DNA of 64,000 nucleotides from Azolla caroliniana (Eukaryota > Plantae > Polypodiophyta): the NCBI GenBank assembly GCA_043228905.1, contig JBHGNT010000003.1, positions 20,212,001 to 20,276,000 on the forward strand. Direction: 5' to 3'. The notes under the pieces are model-generated. The model saw only the letters and a list, made by a program, of their open reading frames with translations. It ran no database searches and was not told the origin of the DNA. Made by a program: the position numbers and the translations under genes. Shown here piece after piece: positions 35,773 through 51,030 of the stretch (the first letter of the stretch is position 1; each line of letters starts with the position of its first letter).

Positions 35773-38700
35773 ATGCTGGCGCTCAATCGGATCAGGCAGC
35801 TTGATGCCTTCCCTAAAATAAACGAGGATTTCTACAGCCGCTCCCTGTCAGGAGGCGTCATAACTCTCCTGTCCTCCATGGCCATGCTTCTTCTCTTCTT
35901 CACAGAGCTAAGTATGTCCAAGTGTTTTACTTACTGCTGTGGCATTTAATCGTACTTAGTTTCCTATATTCGTTTATGGGGTCTGTGTATGTTATGCCCT
36001 AGGATTGAAAATTTATTAGAAGGAGATATTCAGATACGAGCAACAAATTCTGTTTTTTCATGAACCATGGCCTTGATTGAAAGTGTAATTCGCTGTCGAA
36101 ATTTGGGCGAATGATGATGATATTCACAGAATAAGAACATAGTTTTGATGCTAACCATGACGTTTCTCGGAAAACTAGCAACAAAATATTTGAGAAGATA
36201 ACATTTGTGTTTTCTTCCGTGTTGTATGTTTGAGGATTAGAGTCTAGTGAAGGATCTAGGAAAACTTATTATGTTTTTTAGGATCAATTGTTAGGAGAAT
36301 AGTGATCAACAGAAAATATTTTTTATGTTGACAAAATTCAAATAAATATATTAATTTTTTGTCCACATCCTTATAAACTTAGGGTATTTTCTCATGATAT
36401 CTAACTTCTCAAACTCGTGACCATGATTCAATATAAATTGTAATAAATATGTATTGTAATGGCGACAAATTGTGTTTTTTTGAGCTTACGGGATGTAAAT
36501 ATGTGTTGAGTGAACAAATATGACAGAAATATATAAGTTTTCAACTAAGTTCTAATGAATTTGTGGTATCTTCTCATAATTTCCTATTATATCACCAGTG
36601 AAATGAAATTCAGTTGAGGACATTTCCCTGAAAACAGGAGATGTGCACTTATCCCATAATTCCCATCATAGAAATCCCACCTTGAATCATGAGTACCCCT
36701 CGTTCACATTGAACATAAACCACGCAGCATCAACCATATTGTTAACGTCTTCCTACCTTATCAGCCACATCCTCATTATCTTTAGGTTCTTCCTATCCGC
36801 CATGTCCTCGTTACCTTTATATTATTCCGTCGCTTGTTCCTTTTTCCCAAGATTGTGACAGGGAATTCTCTTCACTATCCATTCTCGCCACTTTGTATGA
36901 TTTATGCTCTTATTATGATGACCTATTGTCTAAGCAAACATGAATGCATCTCCTTTTTTAATACTTGGTCGGCTTTCACCCACTTCTTGATAATTGTGCA
37001 ATACTTGAAAACAAAAGTAAGGTGGGAAATCTCAACGCAAAACACTGAGAGGTCCTAAAGCTTGTCATCTTAGATATTTCTTTTTACTATTTCTACAAAA
37101 TTAGGAAATCATCACAGCAGTAAGAATTCGATTCCCTCTTCGTGGAAGCGAATATGAATCTAGGAGAGCGCACCAAATCTATAGCCAACTGCAGAAATCG
37201 GAGTTTACAGGAAATATACTCTCTCTAAAACAATGTACAACCACAAGAAACATTGCCCTATTGCCATCCAAAATGATTTATGAGACCTAATAAAGATTAG
37301 AACTTCATATAAAGTGAGTATGAAAAGAAACATGTTATTGTAATCAAGCTTCCTGAACATAAACAGCTTAAATAGTTGTAATCATGACTAATTGGTTGTA
37401 ATCAGGAGAGGAACTTAATCATTGTAACTGAAATTGCTGCCTTTGAAGACCTTTATTGTGGGGTGATTTAATATCAAAATGTTAGTGGGATGAGGTGCTG
37501 CGTGATTGTCTGATGGCTTTGATCCAGGTTGAAATTTCACTAGAGATGTCCCTAGTAATATCATTTGGAAAGAAATATCTCAAGATCCAGGTTGAAATTT
37601 CACTAGAAATGTCCCTACTAATATCATTTGGAAAGAAATATCTCAAGATCCTCTTCCTATATAGATTTGTTAGTTTTGTGCTCGTCCTCAAGTGGCCCTC
37701 TCCATGTCTCCGATCTCTGAAGAGGGGTACCAGGCATCTTGATTAATGTACTCCACTCCGCAAGGGCGTAAATCCAGTTGTAAGAAGACAATGGTATCTT
37801 CATCTAATATTGTAAAACACTGGGCTAAAAGTTCTCCACTTCTCAAGATTTCTCCTGGTATAACCGTGGAGTTTTGGTTCACATTGATTGCTGGTCGAAT
37901 CCCAGCATTACAATTACATTTACAGTGCTTGTCAGATTCAGATTCAGCTCATAGATTGCAGACATGGAGCTTTGAAGCAATGTGTATATCATTCTTTCTT
38001 TATCTTCAGCTGATGATGTGAGATCAGGATTGGCCCTATCTGTGTGAGAAGATAGAAGCAAGCTGCTACATGAAATCTGTAGTGAAAATCATTATTCATC
38101 TGAGGTTGGTACCAACTTCAAGTGTAAAAAACCATTACCCATCAGTGGTTTGGCCCCAAAGTTTTCCTCATGCCAGAAACTCTAAATCGGCAAAAGTCTA
38201 AAACATTATGCCTTTTCTAAAATTAACTAGTCTCTAGTACATCCTCATAATTATTGATTCATTTTAAAACTGATTATTACCTCCTTTTACTGGAAACACA
38301 CTTTCCCAGATTTACTTCTAGGATTCTGACTGCCTTGCTGGTGTTGCAGTCATTCATCCATGTGAACTTGCATGGTAACTAGGTCTCTAGTTTCAGACAT
38401 CATGCTTGAAAGACACGATTACCAAAGTAATTCAGGCCTGTTCACATGCAAGAATCATGGGCTCACAAACTAAAAATATAAATGCAAGAAATTAACATAG
38501 TCCTAGTGATATAATGTAACTAAATTGGTGCAAGAATAAATAGTCTTGTTATGACGTTGAGTTTAGATTTTCTGTTAAAGTATGGAAAAGATGGCTTTGA
38601 AATCTTGATCATGCCATTTATTCTGGCCAATATACTGATTGCACCCATGATGCCAATGAATTTACTGTTGATAGCTTATGTATATTCTTGTGTATGGCAA

Positions 38701-41700
38701 GATAAAGAAGTGCATCTTGATTTATTTGCCAATATTTCCAAACTACTTTGTAAAAACATAGTGAACTTGAAACATTGTTTACACAAACAAACTTTTGTCT
38801 TGAAAAAAGAAGAGAGCTAACATTTACTTGCAACCCACATCAAATTGTGGTCTCTTTTCTCTTTTAGCTTTTGTTAAAATTTTATTTTATGTATGATTTA
38901 ATGAATACACTTATGTATCAAACACCATGAAATGACACCAATCTGCTTTGGATCATAACTGGAGGTGCTTAGCTCATTCTAGATCTAGTATATAAGAAAA
39001 TTTAACCACAGGTTGTTCTGCTTACCTTATAGAAATGTGTTGTAATTATCTGCTAGTGCATTTTCAATATTGACTACATTCATGTTTGTGATTTTTGATA
39101 CTGACTCATGTTTGTCATTATGTATCACTATGGATGTGTACATGCATTTATGTATATATTTTCAGGTTAGATTTGTGCTTTGTTGTGCAGGGTTATTTCT
39201 CAACCCTGTCACAAAAAACGAGCTGATTGTGGATACGTCTCGAGGTGAAACCCTTCAGATTTATGTAAGTACACTATATCCATGCATTCTAAGGAATGTC
39301 TGATTATATTATATCAATATGTGATTTCAGAACTACAACGTCTCAGGCAAATTCTGTTCTGAACCCCTGCTTTTCTTATACCTGCAATTTTTCTTGAGCT
39401 TTAGTTAACTGTATGAGAATTCTCAAAACGTTTGAGGGTAAGCTGCTCAATCACAGAAGAAACCTCCAATGAATGAAATCGAAAAAGTTTAGAGTCTTGA
39501 ACTTCATGTTTTGTCTTTTTTGACCATGTCTTAGGTGTTGTGGGAGTGGGTTCTTGGTTCCATGGATTCTTACTGTGCTGTGTTTGGTTCAGTTAGATGT
39601 AACATTTCCATCCCTTGCATGCTCTATTATCAGCCTTGATGCCATGGATATTAGTGGGGAGCAGCATCTGGATGTGGTATGATATTTCTCTTCTTTCTTA
39701 TGTTCGGAATGTTTATATATAAAGTTTCTTCTTTGTGTACTAGTAACCGTATTTTGGCACCGTCTTTAAAAGTGATAGTTGGTGTTTTCTGCAGAGGCAC
39801 AATGTCTTTAAAAAGAGGTTAGACCCAACAGGAAAGACAGTGGAACCACCAAAACAAGAAAATATCGGGGGCCATAAGGTCGGTTATCTTCTAGCACTTA
39901 GATAAAGAAGGGGATATCGTAACTTATAAGATGCTAGTGGAGCCAGAGTACAACACTAATTAATGCCTATTTTAATGGAGGTTGCTAAGGGTGCAAAATG
40001 TCGCTTTCTACAAGAGAATTTTATGGGAGTTTAGGTTAAAAGTCTAATAAAAGACAGAAAAATTCGTGGCCTGGAGAGACAGCAGAAATCTAATTCATGG
40101 TTCATGAATTGTTTAACAATGGTCTTTTTCCTCCACATTTTAACAAATAGAGGCCTGTTTACGTGCAGATTGAGAAACCTTTGCAAAAACATGGTGGACG
40201 ATTAGAACACAATGAAACATATTGTGGGTCTTGCTTTGGGGCTGAACAGGTATATTTAAGGGCTTATATGCTAAATACGGGTGATATCACACATTCTGAA
40301 TACAATGTATATTTATATATATTGAGTTTTGATGCTATCAGACAGAATATCTGGTTTTAAACTCTGTTTTTGATGCGTTTTTGGAGATACGTACAATGGT
40401 TTGTCATGGCTTCCACAAAAAGTGGACTGTCTTGAATTTCTTTAGTACAAACTCAAGCTCTTCATTTATCTATGTATGTTTGATCCTTAGGGCTTCATCT
40501 TTTTCTTGAAATGTGATAGAAAACATTTCATTCGAATTTGGAACTTCTGATCTTTCTCTTGGGCTCGGCATATCCATTGAAGAGGGCTGGATAATGTCAA
40601 AATGAGGCTTCGAGATGCACACCATGAACTTCATCATTGCCTCGCTCCACTGCACCAATCAACCTCGGATGCCATGTGCCTCACCACTAATCTAGACATA
40701 TTAATTATAAACAATCGTGCTTGTAAACCATCTTAAGAATCATTCCATTATATTTTTGTTTCAGTACGGATAACTTGAATGCAGCCATATTCGTAACCAT
40801 GATTTTTTCTCATAGATCGATTTTCGCCTCTAGTAGATTTTAATGTATCTTTCTTTCTAGATAGTCTTCTTGCCTGCAGGTGCTTTTCTCTTGGATAGTA
40901 AATATTTCTCTTCTCCATCTCCATGACAAGGATGATTAAAGCCTTGGGTTTAGGGTCATATCTCCCCAACATCACATACATGCAGCGCACAAGCTTTTCT
41001 TTTGGCTTCTTCCAATGTGGAATTTATCAGTTCTAGCTTATTTTATGGATGCTATTTTTCTTTACTCATTTCTATGCATGGTGTGTTTCCTTTTTCCCTC
41101 TCTTGGGCACCTTTAACTACCTGTTCCAATGCAAGCATTTCATTTTCTATCTTACTATTTATAATCAAGTTACATTTTGCTACTGCATCTTGGCCTTCCT
41201 TAGGTCTCGTCTCACAGTCAGATTCATAGAAAACATTGCAATTATATTGCTGGTTTCAAAAGTTTGTTACGACATCCTTATATTTACGAGCTTTGCAGTT
41301 GACTGACTTATGAGGCTTGCAACTTCCTTCTCTAGAGTTTCTTGTAATTCTCATTTCTATTATAAGCTTTTCAAACCATCCTTACATCATCTTCAGCATT
41401 TTTAGGAACCAGGGACCAAGTTATGGATCTTCAATACACCTGCTACCCTATGTTCCTTATGAAGCACAAGTGTGGTTCGTAGCATGTACAATACAAGGAG
41501 AGGACCACTGGCTATGCACGATGGGCTATAGAAGAACTTTTGTAAAGGATGGCAATACTTAAGAGACCCTTGGTGATGATGATAGCGCTCAAGATCAAGT
41601 CATAGATACCTCATGAAATTATCAGAGCAGAACCAGGAACTACATGAGTGGCCACAAAAGCCCCCACAAGCAAGTGGATTACCAAAGAGATCGTGGGAAT

Positions 41701-44700
41701 TCCCCCAGCAAGGGGTTTCACAATTTGCATTAACTCATCAATGCAGCTAACAAAAAAGAGATGCCTGGTGCTGGTATGCGCATTTAGGTACCTGGCTGCT
41801 CACCTTCCTCTATAGGATTGATGTTGTTTGGATCTCAACTGCACAGAGTTGGATCATGCAATAAAAAATAAATATTGTAAAGCTGGATACAAAATAGGCT
41901 TGGATTAACCATTTTCCTGAGGCACATGGATGGACATTAGAATAATAATTTCCTACTCATTGTCTGATGGGATTGTCATCCAACACTCACATAGCATAAG
42001 TAGTATAATCAGAAGGATTCGCATATTGTTTTGCCTATCGCGGATAGAGGCAGGGAAATATGAAGGGCTGATTGCCTGGCTCACGGCATGTAAATGTTGA
42101 CTTTCAGTACCACCTTTGGCTCCTGTTTGGATCCCAACACACAATTGACTCATGCAATCAAAATAGATATTGTGAAGGTGAATACCGAAATCTTGGATGA
42201 ACTAATAACTCCTGTTAGGCACAAGGGGCATTAGAAAACTAAACTACACATATCAACTAGGTCTGTAGCCCACCCCAGCTACATGGATAGTACCTCTCAC
42301 GTAGCATTTTTGAGCATCATGGCACTAACTGCAAATGGAGACAGATTCGAAGGAGTGGAATCAAATGACTGTCCCGTCCAGCTATATCCTTATGGGCAGA
42401 ACTAATGGTATGCACTTTCTAGGGGGGACGAGACCAACCCAGCCAGACAAAGCAAACACTAATATATTCATAGCTGTAGGTGCACCCATGTCTGTACCCC
42501 AGATCTCAACATACAATAGGATTTACTTTAAAGAAGTCACCTTGGAAAGAGCTACAACATTCTTTATGTAAACTGACCATGACTTTGGGAACATCGCTCA
42601 CCTCAATAAAAAGATAAAAGCCATCATTCTGTTACCCTAGAGTATTAAACAAGAATGCCAAAGATCTGTGCCATAGAACATGCAACTCAAGAGTGTAATA
42701 ATGCTAGAGCATCGTTTTGGATCATCCAAAGATTTCTTCTATCGGTCTCTGCATCATGTTAAGTATCTCTGTCTTATCAAAGGATCGTAGTGGGAGATAC
42801 CAAAAGTGAGTGGTGATGCACCGGATCTTTCTGGAATATCTACCTCTTCATCCACTTGCCATTATGCCAATCATATAGGTCATTGTTCAGTAGATATTGA
42901 GGGGGATCTTATTAGTTAAAACAAATGTTTATCTCTGAATGTAGCCTCTGATGATCCAAGCTTCAATTTGCGATTAGCATACAGTAATGTTGTGGTTCTG
43001 TGTTACTTGGGTTTATGGCATAATTGGAGATTCACGATGATTCTCTTTAATGTGAGGCATGATGGCATTAATCATATCTGCAATAGTTCATGGCAGTTCA
43101 TCTCTTCTTTACACTCCCCTCATTCTGCCATGAGAGATTGTAGCTGCTAACGGTTTGGTGCTGTTGCACATACGATATTGTAGTGCCTTTTATGTGTTTT
43201 CCATGATTGTGTAACTTTGATCTTAGAGATCTACAAAAACATAATGTTTTTGCTGCAAGAGAGGACTGAAATGAAATGTTCTATCTATGTGTTCAAAAGG
43301 CAAAATGACCTGTAATGCAAAAAGTTACAACCAGTGAGATTTGAGGCCCTGCATCTGATATGATGTCTGTTTAGCAATAAAAATAGCAGGAGAAATGACA
43401 AGAATGTTAACATCAAATCAAAAGGCCAAATGACCTATTCAACCAGAAGTTTCATTTATGTTAATATTTTGAAACAGAGAGAATTTAGCTTATCTTAAAA
43501 CATCACTTATCCTGCAGTCAGATGAAGATTGTTGCAACTCATGTGAAGAAGTACGAGAAGCTTATAGGCGGAAAGGGTGGGCATTAACAAATCCAGATTT
43601 AATAGACCAGGTTTGATTTTTTTGTGGATTTTATGTTTTAATGCTACTTCTAAAATTGCCATTCTTTAGTTGCCATCCATGCATTCAGCCACTTGCATGT
43701 ATCTTCATATTTTCATTATACATGATTGATATCTTTGGGAGTCGTTCATTATGGAACATTTCTTGCATTTATAAATACAACTGAGTTTGTAGGTTCAGAA
43801 GAGGTCATATTTGGCTACGTAGTTAGTACCTTGTTTACAACTTCATATAGGCTTCCTCAATCTCATGGGGAAATCTTGAAGAATATGCTTCAACGTTCAG
43901 TGTGAAATTCTGGAATCGGAACCATCCTTCTTGATCACATCACCATGTGCATGTACCAAGAGTTTTGAGTCAGCTACCTGGATAATCTGCAGTCACTTTG
44001 GCAAGAAAACCCTGTCCCTTGGACTTCCCACATATTTACAATATAGTGAACTTCATCGACCAAGATGTATGATATCTAGCTAGGTGTAATGTAGAAAGGT
44101 CCGGTTGTGAGTTACCCTTCCCAAATCTGGCAGCCCTCATCACCTTTAGAGAGGTGTGCTACACCTTACAATGAAAATTAATGATGCTCTAAGCTGCAAG
44201 CTGATAATTGTAGCTGGAAACTGTGCAAATTTCTGTTGTCCAAAGTTTTACAAGAGGAAAGTTTGTGGTATAGACATGCTAATGCCGTACGATATAGAAA
44301 TCTTGGCCATCCAATATGCACATACTTGCTTAGTGCTAGATTATGCTCATGGTTGAGTCTGTCCCTGACTTTTCATTGTTCAATGAAGCATTAGAAACAT
44401 GGTGCGGTGTTCATGTACTTCCCATTAGTTCATATGACTGTTGATAAACAAATCTTTGTATACTTTTTGGGATTGATGACATGAGTAGGCTCCCCATCAA
44501 TCCACACTATGCATAAAGACCAACAAAACATTTGCTTCTTAATCTGTAAAAGAGCACTTTATGAGTGAGCTGCATTATCTTGTTTTTGACAGTGTAAAAG
44601 GGAAGGATGGCTTCAAAAGGTCAAAGAAGAGGAGGGGGAAGGTTGCAATGTTTATGGGTCATTGGAAGTGAATAAAGTGGCTGGAAACTTTCATTTTGCA

Positions 44701-47669
44701 CCTGGGAAAAGTTTTCAACAGTCAAATATGCATGTTCATGACTTTTTAGCATTTCAGAAAGAAAGCTTCAATGTAAGCTTATTGAATCCATTTTATCTCC
44801 AATTTGAAATAATGGAAATTCTCTGACATGCTGTTTATGGACTCTCCTATGCATGTATGTCTAAATCTTATATTCTCTTCTGGCTAACATTTATTGTGCT
44901 CCTTGATGTCGATTTCTTGAGGATTTGCGCTGATATTTCTCCACAAAAGCAGTAATTAACAAAGATCACATAATTCTTTCTCTGATCTTCTTTTGTCCTA
45001 CCCTTTCCAGCTGAGCCATAAAATTAATGAACTCAGATTTGGTCCTCACTTTCCTGGCGTGGTTAATCCTCTGGATGGGTACGTAATATCATTGATGTTT
45101 GAAGTTTTGTCCGAATTTTTTAAATCTGTTACAGGAGATAGGATCATGATATAGGATCTTATGAAATAAAGAATGTTAGACACAATTTCATATTGTGATG
45201 GAAAGATATGCATCCTCCCATGCATGATGGAATAACTTTTCTGTTTGATCAAGTGCAGGGCTCAAAGAATACAAATGACTCCCACCGGCATGTATCAATA
45301 CTTTATTAAGGTACAGTACTGTTCCAATAAGAATTTGGAAATTTTCAGTGCCTAGAAACAGAATATGTTCCATACACCTGTACGTGTAATATCTTGCAAT
45401 GAGCATGCTATTGTTTTGCTATATCCTTGTAAAGAAAACCAATCTGCTAAACAAGCACAGCTGTAATAGGTATAATGGAAGCAAGGTTTAGGGGTGGTGA
45501 AATTTTGAACTGCCTCAAATGGTACAGAATGATGGTCTCCAGTCTGTCAACATTGCCTCATCTGGTCATTGAACCTGGGTACAGAGGCTTTCATAAATAT
45601 GCAGTGCACACAAAAATATTGAGAGAGATCCTCATACTGTGTTTTAGACTTGCTCGACTTGGCTATGAACTTGGTGTTACAACTTCAGTGAATATACATA
45701 CAATTAATGAACCAGTTTACTTTCAACCACCAAGTCCATGGTAATGTCAATTTTTATCACAGATAAAACTTACTGGAGAAACGTTCAATGTCCTTTGATG
45801 CCTTTGTACTTAACTGTTCCTGTGTTAAGGAAATACTGTTTCAGGTTTTTCCTTTCCTGCTGTTTCATATGGCTACCAATGGCCTAGAAACACTAGCCAG
45901 CTTGATGAAAGTGTTTCTGCATGTTCCTGAAAACATCTTCTTAGGACAAATTGTTTAATCAAAGTTAGTTTGTTTTCTGACAAACAGCATAATTTCCAAA
46001 ACAACTTTCTTCTTGAAGCTCGAATATATATCTCCCTGTGGATATTTCAGACCTGTTGTTGCTTCTTTCTCTCTTTGGTGCCTTATATTTAGTTTTGTTG
46101 ATTTATTTTGGTTTATTCCCAAATAGGGGACAATATTTGAAGATGTAATTTCTTGTTCAGTATCATAAGCCATTTTGGTGTCTTAAAAGATGTTATTTTA
46201 TAACTCTTTCATCTTTCTTTCCTAGTTGTTTTAGAAATCTACTGGTCCAAACTGATATCATTAAACTGGTTACAATAGATTGGGCAATAGCAGTTTGTCA
46301 TGCATATATGCCCCAGTTATCTGGACCATGGCCGAGTCACCCTTATCATTGACAGATGAAGGCCATTGTCACTTGCTTCAGAGACCTCTCCATCTTGGAT
46401 CAGCCGATGTTGGAGATCTTTCAACTGAGGAAGTTTCAGTCTTACGTTCAGAATCTTAAGTGCTTAGTTAACAAGACCCGTTGATTCCTTATATTTAGCT
46501 ATATTTATTTTTGCTTGTTGTTCTCAAAGACAAGAAAACATTTTAACGTGTATTTCTTTCATTCTCTACTCCTACAATGTCTTCTGATTTGTTCCAAATT
46601 TTTGGGGTTCGTGATGTTTATTATATGTATTTCAGATTCTGTCTTTTTGAACTTGCATGGATAATATCAATGACAAAATATGATTTCTGCCATGGTTGAT
46701 TGAACATGTCCTAGGAAAACTCACTTCAATATCCAACGAAATGTTTATGCACTGAATTGTGTGACTTGCTTTGTAAGGATAAAACAAAACATGGCTTTGG
46801 CATAACTATATCCATGTCTCATCTATTTACTTTTACATCCTATTCTCTATCCAATCAATAATATATTATCTGTTCATAATTTTTAAGTGACCATCCTTTT
46901 GTGCTTCATCTCTATTATGGGGAGGATTGGACTATGTGCAGATTATTAAATTGTAGTTTGCTAGTGTAGGTGGTACCAACTGTATATAGAGATATACGTG
47001 GCAATAAAATTCAATCAAATCAGGTAAATTGAGTTTTTCTAAGCAGAAACTGACCTCTGTTCTATGTGTCCTAGCATTTTGCAATCTATTGATTTGTTTC
47101 TTGCCCTGAGCATGCAGTTCTCAGTAACAGAGCACTTCAGACCAGTAGAATTTGGTGCGAGTCGGGCTCTTCCTGGAGTATTCTTTTTCTATGACCTTTC
47201 TCCTATCAAGGTCAGTTTTTAGATTTCAATGCATTTTATTATTTTATATGATTTTAATTTTCCTTTTTGGATTGGATGAGTTATTTTTATGATCCTTGGA
47301 ACATTCTCCATCAATCTTGAACTGGGAGTAGAAGATTTGAGCCTCTACTATTTTCGCCTATTATATAAAATAAATAGCATAAACAAAGCTCATTGAATAT
47401 ATTTGCATCATATTTGTATGTTGGCACTTACAGGTGAACTTTGATCAGAGCAAAACATCCTTTCTACATTTTCTGACTAATGTCTGTGCAATAGTTGGAG
47501 GTAGTAAAGACTCTTATTCTCCCAATGCTCAAGTACTGTAGGTAGCATTGCTAAACTTTTCTTAATCTGTATGCCAGGGATTTTCACAGTTGCTGGGATC
47601 ATTGACGCATTCATATACCATGGACATAGAGCAATAAAAAAAAAGATTGAGATAGGTAAATTTAGCTAA
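35773..47669 (+). CDS. ERGIC3: ER-Golgi intermediate compartment protein 3 / Erv46 (COPII vesicle protein), 13 exons, 386 aa
   Basis: Exons 35773-35911, 39191-39264, 39593-39676, 39795-39878, 40169-40249, 43518-43610, 44593-44772, 45011-45078, 45259-45310, 46970-47023, 47118-47210, 47434-47500 and 47578-47669, all GT-AG (1161 nt in frame). Motifs LDAFPKINEDFYSRSLSGG, LDAMDISGEQH, YCGSCFGA, CCNSCEEVREAY, VNKVAGNFHFAPG, PGVFFFYDLSPIKV and terminal KKKIEIGKFS. Confidence 0.95.
37521..37651. repeat. 63-bp tandem duplication in ERGIC3 intron 1
   Basis: GATCCAGGTTGAAATTTCACTAGA...GAAATATCTCAA occurs at 37521 and 37584 with 2 mismatches. Confidence 0.9.
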
Positions 47670-50604
47670 AGGTGGTTATCATCTATGAAGCCATTGCTAG
47701 ATGCGGTGTTGCACCTTATAGAACCTACATGGGCTATTTTATGTATATCATTGAGAGGGAGGGGTTATAAAGGCTGGGTAGCTGTATGCCGCAATTTTGA
47801 GGTCACTGCATAAGAATTATCTATCCTTTGGGTGGAAACCCCTTAAAGATTCTATTCTATTGTCTTCTGTCCGCATTGTCTTTTCCACAAGTGCCCTGTA
47901 CATGAATCAACTGTGTCAATAGTAACTCATGGACCAATTGAACTGTACTTGTTGCTTTACAAGTTTCTCTCTAACCCATATCATTTGAGACAAAATATTG
48001 GAGCTCTACAATTAGAACCGGAAATGTGAGGCTGGTACCTATTACCGAATCAGGCATGTAAATCATAGTTTTGTCGACACGAAACATTGAAATTTTAGGA
48101 GTGAGTAAAAAAATATAGAAAGTAATACAAGTGAGAGTTAATACTTACAATCAGTTTATGGGAAGAGACGGAAAGTAAAACTGTATTCTAAAGAAGAAAT
48201 CTTATGTTAATTCTGAAACCTCGTGGACAATTTATGGAGTTTGTTCAATGTGTCACTGGAACTGCGACAACTGTAATTGAATGATTCTCATTTATCAACT
48301 CAATTTGTTTGGAGCTAAGTAGAATATTAACATTTTGGATACCTTTTCATGCTTCTGGATTGCATTGCAAGCATATGTCTGTCTTTTGCCTTCTCTTTCT
48401 TCCACACTATTTTCATGCTAATTATAGCCTGTAAGAGATTGAATCCAATTAAAAGAAGTTAGCATTGGACTGGAGCTGCCATGACAAGAAAATAATAACA
48501 TATCTTTGTAGTACCAATGCAAAAAGGTATCTTTGATAACTTAATGGGTGATCGTTTAATGTGCATGCATTTTTGCCCTTCTATTGGATATCAATTTGTA
48601 TCATATTAGGATAACTATAGGAAACAAAAGTCTTTGTTCTGCATTAGATAAAATTTTGCTGAAAATGCCCCGTACTGCATTGTTGGAAAAGTGTGCACTA
48701 ACTTGTAAGACAAATGTCATATGGATTGTCATACTAGCTCCTTGCTCCCATGGATTAGAAAATGGAATCATAGTTCATTTTCTCTTAAAACAAATTGGGT
48801 GAGGGTGTGCATGATAATCATATCAAATATCTTTATTTGTTTTTTCAAAACATGTGACTAATAGTCGTGTTTGGTTCCGATGGCTTTGTTGATAATATTT
48901 GGTGATCCTATCAATTTTTTTAATGAGATGTGACGAATTAATAGATAAGCCAAATATTACATAACAAGATGAACCAAATACAACCAAGTTATTGTAGTGA
49001 AGTGTTGCACATATATATACATTCATATTGTAGACTAAGTCAATTGTTCTTTTTCATGTGAAATATTTTATATAGGAGTGTGTAGAATGTTACAATTAGA
49101 TGCAATGAAAGGGTTGACCACCTTCATAGAATGGTGTATATCTAGTGGACATATTGTTCAAAATCATTATTGAGATCCCCAACAAGGTCTAGCTTGAAGT
49201 GATGAAAAACGATGCAATTGTGAAACCTTTTCATGCTTTGTCTCCTTGAAGTATTTAATATGTGTACGATGAAGACGTAACACTTCGGTGCATAAATATA
49301 TGGTTTTTGACATTATAGATTACTAGACGGTTACAACACCATGTACATCTTGCTCAATATGCAAAGGAACATAAAATATACTATACAACATTGCTAACAA
49401 ACCTTCAAATTGGACTTTCACGTGACATGTCGAGAGAGTGACAATTCATTCCTCGCATTTGGATTTTTTCAACAGAATGATCACAAAAGAGAATTAGCAA
49501 TTCCACAAATTCCCTTGAGAGTTAAATGAATTGTCTTTTAGGAAAAGCAACATTGTCAAGAGCATCACAACTTCATGAAAAGCATTCATTCAACTGTCGT
49601 TGTTAAAAGATTGCTTCAAGTCTAAAGAAACTAATGAAGCACAAAGCAACAACCATCCTTTTTGTCAAATTGAGCTACGAAAATTATGAAGCCTCTCTTT
49701 TAAATAGATATGCAATAAGTTGCATGAATATACTATTATTATTGGACTATCATTATTTTATCTACCACGAACTATCATCAGGATATAGAGAATGTAGAGG
49801 TGAGACCAGGTTGGGAGGGAAAACCAAAGTGATAGTGTTAAAATTGTTTATCACAAAAAATAATCACAGGCTAGTGTGAGTTTCTCATAATTAGTTGTCT
49901 TGAAAACAAATAACCCCTTACAATTTGTACGTGTAAATGATTGATTGTAATTGTCATATAATGTGCTAGTTAATGGTATGATGTGTTGAAAGAAGAATCA
50001 ATACTCATAACAAGGATGGAAACTATTGTGTTTTTAAGGAACCTAATTCATGGAGCCTTTGTTGTATGAAGTGGAGTCCTCAATGGGTCATGTCTTTGGT
50101 GAGAGTTTTTTTTGGCTTTTTTTTGTTTATATGGATTTTAGTGAGAGCCTTTCTTCTTCAAACGATAAATAGTTGCAACCATTGCACGTAATAGTCTGCT
50201 ACTCTTGATAACTAATGTTCCCTAACTAAACAACACATATCCAATTACTAAGACTTTTGGTTTATATAGAAATGGACCTCTTGAAATAGCGCACACTTCT
50301 TTCTAGCTTGGGGTATAAAAAATCAAGCTGATGAATCAAGTGGGACCATACTAATATATATACACATGTATGTATATACGTCCCCCCAACATCCGATATG
50401 CTATTATTTCTATAGCTTCCACAATAAAAAACTAAAATTCAACTCAAGCAAAGATCCGTGTTTGCCTCATATGATTGTATTCATACCAACTAGCTCATCT
50501 TTGCTTTCGAATAATGTTATTCCAATCCATAGCTCTAAAAGGATTGAGTTGTGGTCCATGCACATGTTTATTTATGAACAATATTCTTAAATCAATCTCA
50601 AAAG

Positions 50605-51030
50605 TAACAATCGACAACGGTTCGGTTCGGTTTGAGAGGGTCAAAACTAAACTGGTTTGGAACCGAACCACGAAACCATTAGAAAATTTCAAACCGTCAA
50701 ACCATTAAATCGTTAAAACCGCGATTTCGTGGTTTGGTTTCGGTTTTCAACTTAGGTCAAATTTTAATTTTTAAAATTTTAAATATTTCATTTTTTAAAA
50801 TTTTAAAATATTTCATTTTTTAAAATGTTTAAAATTTTAAAGATGTTCCTAAAATGTGAGAATAAGGTCTAAAAATGAAAATATTGTTTAAAAACACTTT
50901 TTTTTAATTTAAAAAATAAAAAACCGTTTAAACCACGGTTTCTAACAGTTGAATGAACCGAACCGTTTTAACCGTTAAGTTGCGGTTTCACAGTTCGGTT
51001 CGGTTCAAACCGAACCGTTGCCGATTGTTA
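50605..51030. mobile_element. Non-autonomous hAT-type element / MITE (426 bp)
   Basis: TIRs TAACAATCGACAACGGTTCGGTT and AACCGAACCGTTGCCGATTGTTA (1 mismatch in 23 bp). Perfect 8-bp TSD CTCAAAAG at 50597-50604 and 51031-51038. Subterminal AACCG repeats and an AT-rich core. Confidence 0.92.

Noticed and set aside
42073-42093. miR160-like sequence TGCCTGGCTCACGGCATGTAA in an ERGIC3 intron
   Set aside because: It has 4-5 mismatches to miR160 and no complementary star arm nearby.
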